DNA of 64,000 bases from Octopus bimaculoides (taxonomy: Eukaryota), in assembly GCF_001194135.2 (NCBI RefSeq), contig NC_068988.1, forward strand, positions 40,088,243-40,152,242. The letters are read 5' to 3'. Below are positions 1-13,342 of this stretch, one piece after another. How positions within the stretch are numbered: the stretch's first letter is position 1; the number at the start of each line of letters is the position of its first letter. The position numbers were made by a program, and so were the translations under genes. The notes below the pieces were generated by a model. The model saw nothing but the letters and a program-made list of their open reading frames with translations, had not been told where the DNA came from and made no database searches.

Positions 1-35
<35 letters not shown>

Positions 36-1001
36 TATATGTACACATATAATTGCTCTTTTTCCACATTTATGATTTATACACAGATTATTTAAAAGTT
101 TACACACACAGAAGCACAGAGATTATCTTACTATGATATTTATATGACAGTATGACGTTTGTATATTTCAGCCACCTGGTGTCAGACACCCAAAATGTTG
201 TTGGCTTTTGTAGATTTTGTTCAATATAAGCTTCCATTTAGCCGCATCGTGAGTACATTGTAGTTGTACAGGCAGACCTTGATGTGCGCCAGTGCAACCG
301 TGGACACCAATTTTTACATTTACTGAAATATTGCGGTCGCTATTCTGTATTTGCATCTCACAATGTTGGGCGGTTTTAGCATTTCACAAAACAAACCCTA
401 AAATCTCTCTTGTGTTCTGTTGTTAGTATTTCTCTATCACAATGTAGAGTGTTCTGTTGTATTTCTCTATCAAAATATAGCGTGTCTACTTCATTTGTCT
501 GTTGTTAGGCCATCGATATGTTCGATGATGACCTACATCTATCACTTTTTCAATTGATTAAGCTAATTCATTCCGTTGATGCCATTTAACACAGAACCAT
601 TTGGTCTCTGTCTCCTTAAATATGCCAATTTTATTAAAAGCAATTATTCGTAAAATCATATGTCAGTCGATCTTCACACTAGGATAAATTATGTTAAGCT
701 GAAGACGTGAAATTGATCGAAAAATATTCGTAGATGCCTCGTTCCGATCTTTTCATTTTGTTCTCTTCTGTTCTGTTGTTTTAATTTACTTCGAGTATAT
801 GATCATTCTTTTGTGAAGCTATTTCACTTTATATTTGTAAGTCGTTAAGAATCGTTGTTATACTTATGATTTCTTTCAACAAACGACGAGGCAATACTCA
901 AACAATTATCTATTGTTTGCATACAAAAATAATAATATTTTTGTGACTTGATTAAAATTTATTTATGTAGACATGTAACGCAAATACACCAGTGCATATA
1001 T

Positions 1002-1033
<32 letters not shown>

Positions 1034-1707
1034 CGCATACATATTTATATANNNNNNNNNNNTATATATATATATATATATATGCATATTCATACATATA
1101 CGTATAAACACAGTTGCTTAGATATACTGAGCGACACACACAGACATACACGTCTGTGTATGCATGAGTACGCACGTGTGACCATGTGTGTGCATGTTTG
1201 TGCTGTTAAAAGTCATCGATGAGCTTTCAAGAACTATAAAACAAATATAAGTTTAGAATTTAAACAATATACAATATGTGAATCATGAATCAAAAACTGT
1301 ATACTAAATCAAAAATATAAATAAGAAAACATTTTATATTCTCCCAGAATATGTACGTTAAATAACTGCATATTTTATCTTTATTTCGAAACTAGGTTAA
1401 CGGACAACGCGTTTAATTGAATTCACCGAAATTTAGATTGGAAAGTAACTATAAATAGTTTCTTTTTGAAATTCTATAATTATATAAAAATAACTAAATT
1501 AGATAATAACGTATACGCACGACAGAAGGTGGGATAGAGATGGTACAGAATATGGTCGGTTCTATTTATTGTACTTGGTGAGTTGTTCCTTAAATCAAAA
1601 TGCTATATAGTTAATTTTTTTCCTGCAATTTCATCTATATCATAATTTCTAATTTGTGATGCGTACCTAAAATTTAAACCAGACAATATTCACGCTCAGA
1701 CATTCAA

Positions 1708-1709
<2 letters not shown>

Positions 1710-1788
<79 letters not shown>
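1710..1788. repeat. (GA)n(GACA)n compound microsatellite
   Basis: Directly visible. Confidence 0.95.
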
Positions 1789-1985
1789 GCGGGATATATA
1801 TACATGAGTATATCTCTGTGCAAATCAATTAACAAAAGGAAGAATAAGCGGTAACGAAGAGTAAAAGGACAATCATATTTTACAGACTGAAACTGCAGAA
1901 ATTAGTATTCGCTGTTTCTTATTGCTGATCATCCGATAATTCCGTAATATAGGATATCCAATTTAGTTTATAATTTTTACAACCA

Positions 1986-2190
1986 TAGGCACAAGGCCTG
2001 ACATTTGGAGGGAGGGGGAAGAAGTCGATTAGTTCGATCTTAGTAAATCACTGGTACTTAAATTATCGAGTCGGAAAGGATGAAATGCAAAGTCAGCCGC
2101 GGCGGATTTTGAACTCAGAACGTAAAGACGGACGAAATGCCGCTAAGCATTTTGTCCGACGTGCTAACGATCCTGCCAGATCGCTGCCTT
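1986..2190 (-). mobile_element. tRNA-headed SINE, family A (Deu/Nin-like core)
   Basis: Minus strand: GGCAGCGATCTGGCAGGATCGTTAGCAC head (A-box-like), GAGTTCAAAATCC B-box, central GACTTTGCATTTCATCCTTTCCGACTCGATAA motif, GGCCTTGTGCCTA tail. At least 11 related copies in the window. Similarity of the core to the Deu/Nin domain is from memory. Confidence 0.85.
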
Positions 2191-2205
2191 ACAGTTTAGC
2201 TTATA

Positions 2206-2930
2206 ACTAGCAGTATAGCCCGGCTTTTCCCGGGATTAAGTTAGGATTATTAAGTTAAGTAAGCTCTTTATTTCAAACCAAACTAAGTAACATTGACATC
2301 AAATTTGAGCGAGATCCGTTGAAATTGGTAAACTTTTGGCTGAAAATGAGCTTAAGGCAATTTGGGAAATCCCATAAGGAATCGGTTTATCGATTTTTTT
2401 TCCACTCATCGATTGTTTTTTTTGTTGTTTTTTTTTCGTTTTTGGAGAACTTAAAGCATTCAAAGATCCCATGAGTCCTATGTAATATTAGCATCAAGTT
2501 TGAACAAAATATATCAAAATTTGTAAAAGTTAAGGTTGAAAAGGTGTATAGCGAATTTTTGTGGGAAATCCTATAAGGAATCAGTTTATCGATTTTTTAA
2601 ATCCTGATAAAATGGAAAACCCCAAAAGGAATCAGTTTATTGATTTTTCACACCAAATATACCTTAAGATTGCTGATTCAAAAACATCTATATTTATACT
2701 TTAAAGTTGCTTTTCATACCCAACCCAATTCTGCAGATTCAGTGTTGCAACGGGAGCGTAGGGGATGGAAATTTGGTCGGCAGAGGCGATCAGGTTGCAC
2801 TTGCGAGCCATTTTGAAAATATCAACCCCATCATCAACCCCCTTCCAGCAAGGGAAATAGAACGCCCAAAATGGCTCCCAATCCTCTCTGTCAGAAGCGA
2901 TTATGTTCAGATCACAACTAAGTCTTAAGT
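2206..2930 (+). mobile_element. Possible non-autonomous Helitron/Helentron-like element with internal subrepeats
   Basis: Starts ACTAGCAGTATAGCCCGGCTTTTCCCGGG (ACTAG start plus CCCGG/CCGGG hairpin, as in Lep1/DINE-like elements). Three ~35-bp subrepeats GGGAAATCCYATAAGGAATCRGTTTATCGATTTT at ~2364, 2563 and 2614. The 3' end is not firmly defined. Confidence 0.35.
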
Positions 2931-3644
2931 ATATATGTGACCACTACACACATTTTTCTCTCCTTGTTTCACTCCTTATTTCTTTCTGTGTTCCTTTCTG
3001 TGAAAGAGCGTAGGCTCAAAACGTTAAAGACGTTTGCAATTTCCGAGCGTTATAATAATATATCTATTTGTTTTCTACACCACCTGTCAGCCGTGAAAAT
3101 TGTGAAGTTATGGATGAGAATTTATTTTTACCGCTATTCGCTGGTACCTTGGGGTAAAATAATTTGACGAAAATACAGTTAGAGTCGTGAGGAATGTCTT
3201 CTTCAAATTGGAGCGACATGCGTGCTAAACTGTGGACCTGCATAAATTACATTCACGTACACACACACATACACACACACACACACACACATCCTGCCTT
3301 TTATATATATACAGATGACCAAGCAAAAGACAACTGCTTCAATATAATAGCGAACGCATATTTGTTGACATAAAAAAAAATACCAAAAGAAGATCATTGT
3401 ATCACATTGTTCTGTGATAAAATTATGGATGTCACTTCGATTGTTAAAGATAAAAATAAATTATTTAAAGCAATGTGGCAGACATACGCTTCTAAACATA
3501 CGCACGCGCGCGCGCACACACACACGCAACGCATGCACACGTATGTACGTATTAATTTTTTGGTTCAATTATATCAATAACAATTTTACATTAATCTGAC
3601 GTGTTACTCTGTATTTTTGTAGAGTACAAATTTATTACACTTAT

Positions 3645-3649
<5 letters not shown>

Positions 3650-3720
<71 letters not shown>
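3650..3720. repeat. (AC)n microsatellite
   Basis: Directly visible. Confidence 0.97.
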
Positions 3721-3722
<2 letters not shown>

Positions 3723-4799
3723 TTTCAAAGTTACATTTATATGACAATTGTACGTTAATTTTATCCACTGTTGTCTTGAAATTATAAAGGAATTTTTTAT
3801 CTTAAATATTTGTCAAGAATATTTGACTGAAAATTAGCAGGTAAGTAACTTGTATGAAGACAGAGATCCGACTCTTAGATTTAAACGCGATGAAGCCTGT
3901 CGCATGACTACTGTAAGGATTTTGAATTCATGGATTTCTCGATGTTATAATAATCATCTTTTCAGCTGTTACAAATGATCGGGACATGGTTATTGCTGGT
4001 TTGAACGTTTGTGCAACAGCTTTACACATTTTAGTGTTTACTGTTAGAGACAATTGTCTGCTATTACGAAGTTATGCCTACTGGAGTGGACAATATAATT
4101 GTTGTTGGAATTGTTTCTGGAATGAAAATGGCAATTGAATCTTGTGAGGTGATAGCATAGAAAGTATCTTAATTAATTAAAGACACTTTGTTAGAAATCA
4201 AAATCGAAGGAACAATTGCTGGTATGAATCATGGAAATTAAGAGGAAATAATTATGAGAATTTACACGTATAAGTTTAAAAGTTAAGCAAGGGGTATATG
4301 AGGACAGGTCTACATAGGACCTCATTCCATGATACAAATATGGATTATTACCTCCCACCGCAACCATCTTTATTTATAGTTAACTCTCTAAAGATTAGTT
4401 TCACCTATAACGATTTCTAACATTACTATAAGATCACAGAGTATGAGGGTGAGCCGTGATTGGATTGATTCAGCTCTACTGCTTATCAGGTTTTTAATAT
4501 ATCACCTTTAGAAGAATGATCGGTAAAAATAATCCGAACAAGAGTTGATTTCACAGTGCAAAAGGACATGAATGAATCACAGGCAAACGACCACATATTT
4601 TCCGAAACGCAATTGCCGAATAACCTAAGTCTGGCATATTATTGGCGTGGTAAAAATAAATCGATCTTGAGATTTGAACACCCAAACTAAAAGGAACCCC
4701 TTAAATAATGTGAGGCATTTTAAACGGTTTGTCGCTTCTGTGATTTTTCCCCTCTACCATCACTGAAGATGATGTCTAAAGTTAACACCAAGAAATAGA

Positions 4800-4975
4800 C
4801 TTGCGGAGAGGGCCCCAGTTGGTTTTATTGATCCTTTTACTTCAGTGATGCATTAATTTATCAATTCTAGAAGGAAAAAAAGCAAAGTTGATCTCGATGG
4901 CATTTGAACTCGGAAGGTAAAAGAAACGTGACAAAATCCCCCAAACATTTGAATTTGTTGTTTTTATCTGCCGTC
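4800..4975 (-). mobile_element. Degenerate SINE family A copy
   Basis: AAAGCAAAGTTGATCTCGATGGCATTTGAACTCGGAAGGTAAA matches the family A B-box and core region. Confidence 0.55.
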
Positions 4976-5013
4976 ACAAATGTTATAGCTGCTTTATTTC
5001 TAACACCACGTCA

Positions 5014-5190
5014 TAATGATGATGATGATGACGACGACGACGACGACTACGATAATAATTATCATAATTATCATCACCAGCACAGCTACAACCAGCACCG
5101 CCAGTGCCAACATCACCAGCCTCCCCTTCATCATCCTCATCCTGATCCTATCATCACCACCACCATCATCATTATCATCTTTGTCGTCAC
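5014..5190. repeat. Compound trinucleotide repeat (GAT)n(GAC)n then (CAT/CAC)n-rich
   Basis: Directly visible; explains the poly-D, poly-M and poly-I ORFs. Confidence 0.9.
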
Positions 5191-6532
5191 TTTCTGATGC
5201 ACAAATCAATATCTGTATCGATCTGTCTTACATAACTGAATGTTAGTGTATTTTGTATGGAACTAGGTGTATACAGACATTTTCAAATCTATCCTTTCAA
5301 CAACATATAAGCATAGATAAGGATAGTATAAATCTGTGATAGAATCAGCATAGTATTTACTGAAATGATTGCAGATATGGAATTGTAGCCTTAGATCTGC
5401 CGTTTTTTATATATATTTTTTGCGTTTATTTTCAACTTGTTTTTACATTTGCAAGTAATATTGTCTGTTAGTGTTCTTTCCATTTTGTGCTTAAACCGAA
5501 TTTAGGAGACTAGATTTCATCTTAGCCTGGTAAATATTACCCTGTTTCGAAATGATGTTTGAAAAATATTTTTTAAATGTAACGTTAAATAGGAACACTA
5601 CATAAAATAGGAAAGTAAAAAACAGACATTCTCTCTGTTATGGCCAGACTTTCTCAGACGAAGTAATTGATGGCATGTATGTGATATATACTAAACTACA
5701 CCCATGCAGTGAACAGTAAGAATGTTTATAGATGAATAAAAATGTGCAATTGCTTATAGAAATTGCTGGCATTTGTTTTCAGATAACACATTTTTGCATT
5801 AAATGCAAATAGTATACGTTTTCACTCTGTATCGGTGTAAAGCACGATGAAATAAGAATAAAACGTATATAACACGCATATTCTTTGTAAGTGCTATGCC
5901 ATAGTGTGGTCGTGAGATCGATCAAGACTTTCGAACAAAAAGTAGAATATGAAATATTTTCTAACATTGATAGTGATATTTTAATTTTTAGCAAGAGAAA
6001 TATAGAACAATTGATTCAGCCTAGTATATCACGTGGACGTCATTTACCATTTCTCATGTGATGAATGTACTATAGAGAAAGTTGTCACCACTAAGACTGA
6101 GTTCGTAGGTAGATGATACAACGTGTTTCATTAAGTCGTACAACTTACTCGGCTAATCTATTGCCATTTGAAAATAATTTAACGAGGATTTCGAATATGA
6201 GTGCAATGTTACGTACATGAGAGAGAGAAAGCGGGGAAAGAAATTGATAATACATACCGGAAAATTTACATCTGAATAATCAATCGCAACTTGACCTTCA
6301 TATGTTTTAAACTCAGAATGTAAAGGGCTTAACTAAATGCCACATTCAATTCTGCCTTACACACTCGCGTTAAATGCAAATAGCATAATTTCTCTCCATG
6401 TATCTGTGTAAAACACGATCGAATAAGCACAAAACGTACAAAAGTGTTATGAATATTGATGGTAGGTTTTTCATATAATGATAACGATTGTATTCATTGG
6501 GTACCTAACAAAACGCCGTTCATTGATATAGT

Positions 6533-6872
6533 AAAAGGGGTAAAGACCCCCTTTGGTTTTGAATGACCCTGAAATTGTATCTAGAACGTTCCCTCCGAGG
6601 CAGAAGTCCGGGCAAAGTTGTTTATGGAAAACCGGCAGTCGCCCATTCATACCAGCCTCCCCTTTCCACGATCAATGTTATCCAAGGGAAAGGCAAAATC
6701 TAGTACAGCTTGGTACCAGTAACGTCGCAAGTTATTTCTACAGCTGAGAGAACTGGAACAACGTGAAATAATGTATGTTGCTCATGAGTACAACACACTG
6801 CCCAGGCCGGGAATCGAACTCACTACCACATAATTATAAGCCTGAAGCTCTAACCACTGAGCCAAGCGCCTT
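6533..6872 (-). mobile_element. tRNA-derived SINE, family E
   Basis: Minus strand begins AAGGCGCTTGGCTCAGTGGTTAGAGC (A-box), then GAGTTCGATTCCCGG (B-box), then a non-tRNA body of ~270 bp. Confidence 0.85.
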
Positions 6873-7128
6873 GATATATGAATTTAAAATGTTATATTGT
6901 ATACATGCATAGAAACTAATATATTCATATATACATACATATTTACGCACTTACATAAACAGGAACAACACCAAAGTTATTTTGTGTTCTTTGCTACATT
7001 GGTTTCTATTAACCCATTTATTCTATCCGAAGAATTATTATTCATTAAGATAGAAGAAATACATATAATTATATATATATATATATATNNNNNNNNNNTG
7101 TAAAGGAATTACAGATAATGATATGCTA

Positions 7129-7552
<424 letters not shown>

Positions 7553-9152
7553 TCTTTGCACATAAGGGATTTAATTCTTATTCGCATCGTTATTGGGTAT
7601 CAATATCTTTCATTGTTTGAACCAAAGCCAAAAGCAAAATCTGAAGATATAAACTGTATACAAACACCGTCGTGTTAGTCTGTTGATTCTACTATTTCCA
7701 TTTTATACAATTAATCCAGCCATACAACAAGTGCACTTATGCTAATAACAGATGTTTCAATCAGTGGCCTTTGATTAAATATATCTAACTGATTAATGTA
7801 AACATTGATATAATAGAATTTACTCGCCAAAGGTTGCCAATGCTTAAGTCTAAAGAAAAAAAAACAGCATATGTTGTGCATCACAAGTATCTATTAGAGC
7901 CATTATATTATTATATAATGCAGATATTAAGTGAACCTATGAACGCGACTTTAGTAGTTAATGTGCGCAAAAATCTCGTGCTAATGTCCTCATGATAAAG
8001 TATGCGAAAAATAATTGCTTCAGTAAAATCATATACAGGATAAATGCATATATTTAAACTGTATTTACATAAAAACAGAAAAACAGAGATAAACACATGA
8101 GGGGGTAAAACTCCAAATAGATTAGTATACATATAAAAATATCAAATAATTAGATTCCTAGATTTCTGTTACCTTACAATGTAGGTGGTAGGAGGAGCAT
8201 AAATGATAGAAGTTCAAAATGATTGTTGAAAGCAGCACATAATACTGATTTGATGAAATGCTAATTCAACAATGCGCTGATAGCTGTATCACTGTTATTT
8301 CCATAGAAACAAAGAATATGTATTAATAATTAACTTGGAATCATCATTCTTGATATTCGCTGGAAGGTATAGACAAGTAGAATTAACTTCTTTGCTCCAG
8401 GATATAGCCACGGGACTACATTGGCATCGATTTTAGTTAAAGTACATTGAATTAATTTCGAATGCACTCAATTTCTATTCTTCTATTTCTTGTAAAACTT
8501 CAGTTTAGAATTCGGCATCTAAAAATATGTGTGCTTTTTTTTACTAATTTTCCAATACATTTTCATAGCGTATCAATCAACAGACGACCCAGATTTATCA
8601 GCCAAATTCTGTAAATGAATTGTTCGTTTGCTTTGTAATTTTCTTCTTTTGATAATATATTCGTCTTGATTGGATTTTGACAATCCAGCTGCTATGAATA
8701 TTTGATAATTTAGTTTGCAGATAAGATTCATTAAAAAGTATATAAAAACAAATTCTATGTGACATCGTTAGCCCGTATTTATCTTTTACTATTCATCTGC
8801 ATATATATTTATATCAATTTGTCTCCTAAAAAGCGTGTATTTTTGTGCGTGTATGTGTATATATATATGTGTGTGAGAGAGTGTATATATAAGTGCGTGT
8901 GCGTATACAAATATATGTGTGTGCGTGCGAGCGTATGTGCGTATACGTACACACGCCCACACAGACGCATGCACGTGTTACATACGGTTGTAGACGCAAC
9001 CGTGGTCGAAATGTTTAGTTGTCAGTTTCGCAATTATAAGTTATATTCTTCCTGAGGGAACAAAGCATCAGGATACAAGTCAGTAGAGGTAGTGGTGAAA
9101 TATTGTTTGTCCATAGTTCCGGTGATACCTAATACTCTACGCATTTATATAT

Positions 9153-9252
<100 letters not shown>

Positions 9253-9288
9253 NNNNNNNNNNNNNNNNNNNNNNNNNNNNNNNNNNNN

Positions 9289-9323
<35 letters not shown>

Positions 9324-9333
9324 TACACAAATA

Positions 9334-9590
9334 CAGTAGTTCTCGACCATTTTTTGCCGCTGAATCGCTTCTGTTCCTTTTTTTACTCAGGGAGGGAAAC
9401 CCTCAGTCATTCGATGTCTGAAAGCTCCAATTATATTCTTATGATTATATATTATTAGACTTTGTATAAAAAATGTATAAACATTGTTTGCATTGTAGAA
9501 CAATATAACAATTTTATCGCGCATAAATTTTAATAACAAAATCTTATATGGGCGCCCAAGGGTCATATGGTCCCCGGTTGAGAACAACTG
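9334..9590. mobile_element. hAT-type MITE remnant
   Basis: 15-bp terminal inverted repeats CAGTAGTTCTCGACC (9334-9348) and GGTTGAGAACAACTG (9576-9590), 13/15 match, resembling the CAGTGGTTCTCAACC Charlie/Buster-type TIR. The 8-bp flanks do not match. Confidence 0.6.
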
Positions 9591-9699
9591 TTCTATACTT
9601 CAAATAATATTAAACATTAATTTAATGTTAATAAGCATTATTGTAAATGTAAGAAGAAATTAGTAAATACACTTGCCGAACAATATCTCAGCACCACTA

Positions 9700-10230
9700 G
9701 TTGATTGATGCACAGTAACACAGCTGATTGTATTTCTAATAAATGCATAGATTCACGTTCTATTGATTTTAAAGGAAGATTACGTAATCACCTTTCTTCT
9801 GTCAAATATAAAGAAAAAGTGTACTCTACAAATTTGAGTGGCTTTCTTTGGACTTTAAATGACAGGGACACCGAATATAATATCAAATGGTCAGTTATTG
9901 ATAATACTTCACCATATACAAATGTGAATTGAAACTTTGACGTCTGCTTGCTAGAAATATTCCATATCTTTTCTCCTAAATACCGCTTAATAAACTGCAG
10001 AAACGTATTATCAATAAAATGTGTACAATCATAGAGAAATGTTTTTAAGTATTTTCCAAATAATCAATTTTAATTTGAACTCAAGGTTTGATTTGATTAA
10101 TCCACTATGATCGATGTTTGCCCCTCCAAATAAAGCTTTTGTCTACTTTGTAACAAGAAATTTAAAATCTTAACATGAATACTATTAAATGATTAGACGA
10201 AACTTAATCGAAATAAGTACTTACAATCTC
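9700..10230 (+). mobile_element. Penelope-like element remnant: C-terminal part of GIY-YIG endonuclease plus terminal-repeat-like 3' sequence
   Basis: Reads FKGRLRNHLSSVKYKEKVYSTNLSGFLWTLNDRDTEYNIKWSVIDNTSPYTNVN*NFDVCLLEIFHIFSPKYRLINCRNVLSIKCV. This matches the FKxRxxNHxxS...TxLS..IW.L...I.W...PY...CxLCLxE...KCxH pattern of invertebrate PLE endonucleases. It has an in-frame stop. Confidence 0.75.
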
Positions 10231-10654
10231 ATCTAATTTACAGGAAACTGCAGAAAATATAGAAGATTAAATAGGTTAACGCTGTCAACAAAATTGATGA
10301 TTTAGAAAATTGCAAAGAGGGCTGAACGCAACAATAGCAGGCCACATCTGTTTTGAGAAATGCGAGCGTACACTATATTCTCAAATAGAAATAAATCTAT
10401 TTTGTAGCTGTGCAGTGTGATGAAAATGTTACCAACAGCAATAAACCAACCTAAAGATTGCATACATAAATACATAGAATTAAATACATGATGTCCTAAC
10501 ATGAAGATTACATCTCTCGAAAGGCGGTAAAATGAAAACCAAAAATAACAGCATGTTTTCTTATCTGTAAACATGGTTGGCGTCATATTTCGTAACGACA
10601 TCAGAGTGAGCTCATCTTTATTGAAATGTAACATTTGCTCTCAAACGTTGTTTC

Positions 10655-10810
10655 CAAATTTTGGCGTAAGAACAGCAATTTATGGAGGCGGGGATACATA
10701 GATCACATTGATTACATAGATGACAAAGTTCAATTGGTACTTATTCTCTCAAGCCTGAAAAGATGAAAGGTCGAGTACATCGAGGCGGAAATTTACTCTC
10801 AAATATTGAC
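10655..10810 (-). mobile_element. Degenerate SINE family A copy
   Basis: TGGTACTTATTCTCTCAAGCCTGAAAAGATGAAAGGTCGAGTACATCGAGGCGGAAATTTACTC. Confidence 0.6.
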
Positions 10811-11286
10811 GCAAAATTAAATAATTTATTCAAAAAAATTATCTCATTTTCAAAAATTCACAATGGGAGAAATTGTTTTCATTTTTCTTTTAATCAGTCA
10901 TTATAATACTCATATAACAGACACAAATACACTCACACGGATAACTTTCAACAGAAACACAGACACACGCAGAGACACATCAAACCATTAAATTGAAAAC
11001 AGAGAAATACAGAAATATAGCAACCACTAGCAAGACGTCTTACCAATCTAATAAACATCACTTAAATACATCATGTCATTACGGCAAAAACATATGTATA
11101 CATAAACGTTTCAAGTAATACACAAATACAAAAATTGCACAAGCATAGAAACCGTTAAAAACAGATGTCATAAACATAAAATAACTCAACATGAAACGTC
11201 ATTGTTTGCCCACCAATTATTGGTATTTGTCTCTTAAGAACAAACTTTTGAAGTCGATGTAGTACTTGAAAGCAATATTATTGCGA

Positions 11287-11645
11287 AGGCAGTAAAAAAT
11301 CTTGCTTCCTAAACATGTGTTCTGGGTTCAGTCCCACAGCGCGTAATCTTAGGTAAGTCGCTTCTACAATAACCCAGGGCCAAACAAAGCCTTGCGAGCG
11401 GATTTGATAGACGGGAATTGAATACTCACCGCATATGTTGTGTAAAAACTTACATCTTTGTGTTTGGGCTGTTTGTCTCCTACCACCATCACTTGGTAAC
11501 CGGTGTTGGTGTGTTTACGTAACCATAACTTGGCAGCCAAGCTAAAGGCATTAATGGAATTAGGACATTACTTTTAAATATTAAATAGCAAATCGACTGC
11601 AAAATATTGCGTCAGCATGGGTGCAGTCCAATGACTGAAGCAAAT
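11287..11645 (+). mobile_element. Degenerate SINE family B (tRNA head, CORE-like motif)
   Basis: GGGTTCAGTCCC B-box, CTTAGGTAAGT CORE-like motif and CAGCATGGGTGCAGTCCAATGACTGAAG tail, shared with 35474-35877. Confidence 0.7.
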
Positions 11646-12362
11646 TACACACAACCACACACACACACAGAGTAAACAAGTAAACGTTATTATTTTTATG
11701 TCACTATGCATCGAAGTTCTTCACGTGTTGAAATGTTATAATTATAGGTTTTCACATTGAAGGATTCCGTCAAGTTAAACCAGATCAACAAAAATGAGAG
11801 TCATCTTCATATAATTTTCAAACTGACTTAACAATCTAATCACAATATTGTGAAAGTGAATTTACAGTCGTTTAATACGATTTAGTTATCTTCATGTTAT
11901 TGTGAAGCGTTTGACGTAAGAGTCGAACTACTTGTAAAAGTACGCTTGCAGTCATTTAACCCAGGTGCAGTCCGAAACTTGAACACTTATTTATAATGAA
12001 CGCATTCCATCCAACAGTATTCTATTTTCTGGTTTCAGACATAATATATACAATATATGTTGGAGGCGGGGTTGAGATATTTGGGAGCCACTGATGCCTT
12101 GATGTTAGATTAGATAAAGGAGCTGGCGGTCAGTGTAAACCCTAGTGGAAAGATTTTATTGTAGGAGTGCATATTTAATCTAAATGATAAAAGCTTTTTA
12201 AGTAACTAACAAATGTGTTACACATCAGTGAATTAGTGATTATTTCGTCTGAGAATAATGGTTTACACCCAAAATATTTGGCAAAATCTAACATGTAAAT
12301 ACACAAACATATGCACACGTAGATATAGTTTCACACATATATAGACACCTATATGCAAAAGG

Positions 12363-12371
<9 letters not shown>

Positions 12372-12432
<61 letters not shown>
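12372..12432. repeat. (GA)n microsatellite
   Basis: Directly visible. Confidence 0.95.
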
Positions 12433-12437
<5 letters not shown>

Positions 12438-13305
12438 AGTGATAGAGACTGAGAAAAAGACGTAACGAGATGGCAATACAGAAGGGAATGTTTTGTGACA
12501 AATGGGTGAAAGAAGTTTTATGAATATAGACGTATAGCTGAAAGACTTCCATCTGCATAGTTCTCGGAATAGTATGAATTTTATACGATGGAATTAACCA
12601 TTTGGGAATTTAGTTCGGTAATATTTTATTCTTTCAAAATATCTCCCCTTATGTTTAATTCTACTGAGTATTCCGCAATCTGTGTTAAATTTGAGATAGG
12701 AGCGCATCGAATAATTTGTTACGACATATGGACAATGAAATACATACGGTTAAATTTTTAAAAGAATCCGACTTTGAGATATCTCAATGTTGGATGCAAT
12801 ATGCACATAATGATGTCTGTTATTAACACATAGCAATAGAATTACTGATTCTGTTTACGTTTGATGATAACAAAAACAAATCTCTTGAAACCAATACCTC
12901 GTAGACGGAAATAAATAATAGAAATTGTGGACTTCGGTTTCACGTGCGGATCAAAGTTTGTAAGGAGATTATCGGCTACATACTGAAACTGTTCAGGGAA
13001 TTTGTTAGTAATACATTTGAATATGCGTTAATCACTCACTGTCACAACATAAAATATTAATACTGCAAGATAAAATTCAATAGATTCATAATTTGTAGTA
13101 TTCAAATTTGTTGGTGGATAATGTTGTTGCTATTCATTTTAATGTTTCCCTATAAATTGTGTGTGTATGTAATTTGGAATAGTAAAAGAAAGAAGACAAT
13201 GGAGCAAAGTTATATAGGAAATTAGAGTACATATTTAAGTGACTCAGAAGGAACAGAAGGTAAGCAAATCCCTAGCCAACACACTGACTGCCTCTCTTCC
13301 GCACC

Positions 13306-13340
<35 letters not shown>

Positions 13341-13342
13341 TA

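Noticed and set aside
412-481. ~35-bp imperfect tandem duplication
   Set aside because: Two copies only; ordinary slippage.
699-722. CTGAAGA...GAAA hammerhead-like core
   Set aside because: No convincing stem II, stem III or stem I pairing.
3830-3846. CAG|GTAAGT as an exon end or ratchet point
   Set aside because: The donor is perfect, but there is no pyrimidine tract or open upstream exon.
9930-9932. In-frame TGA in the PLE endonuclease as selenocysteine
   Set aside because: It aligns two residues before the first Cys of the CxxC motif (a basic position, likely CGA to TGA). The neighbouring Cys is itself mutated, and no SECIS was recognised.
10302-10634. 110-aa minus-strand ORF
   Set aside because: No splice signals or domain similarity; consistent with a random ORF.
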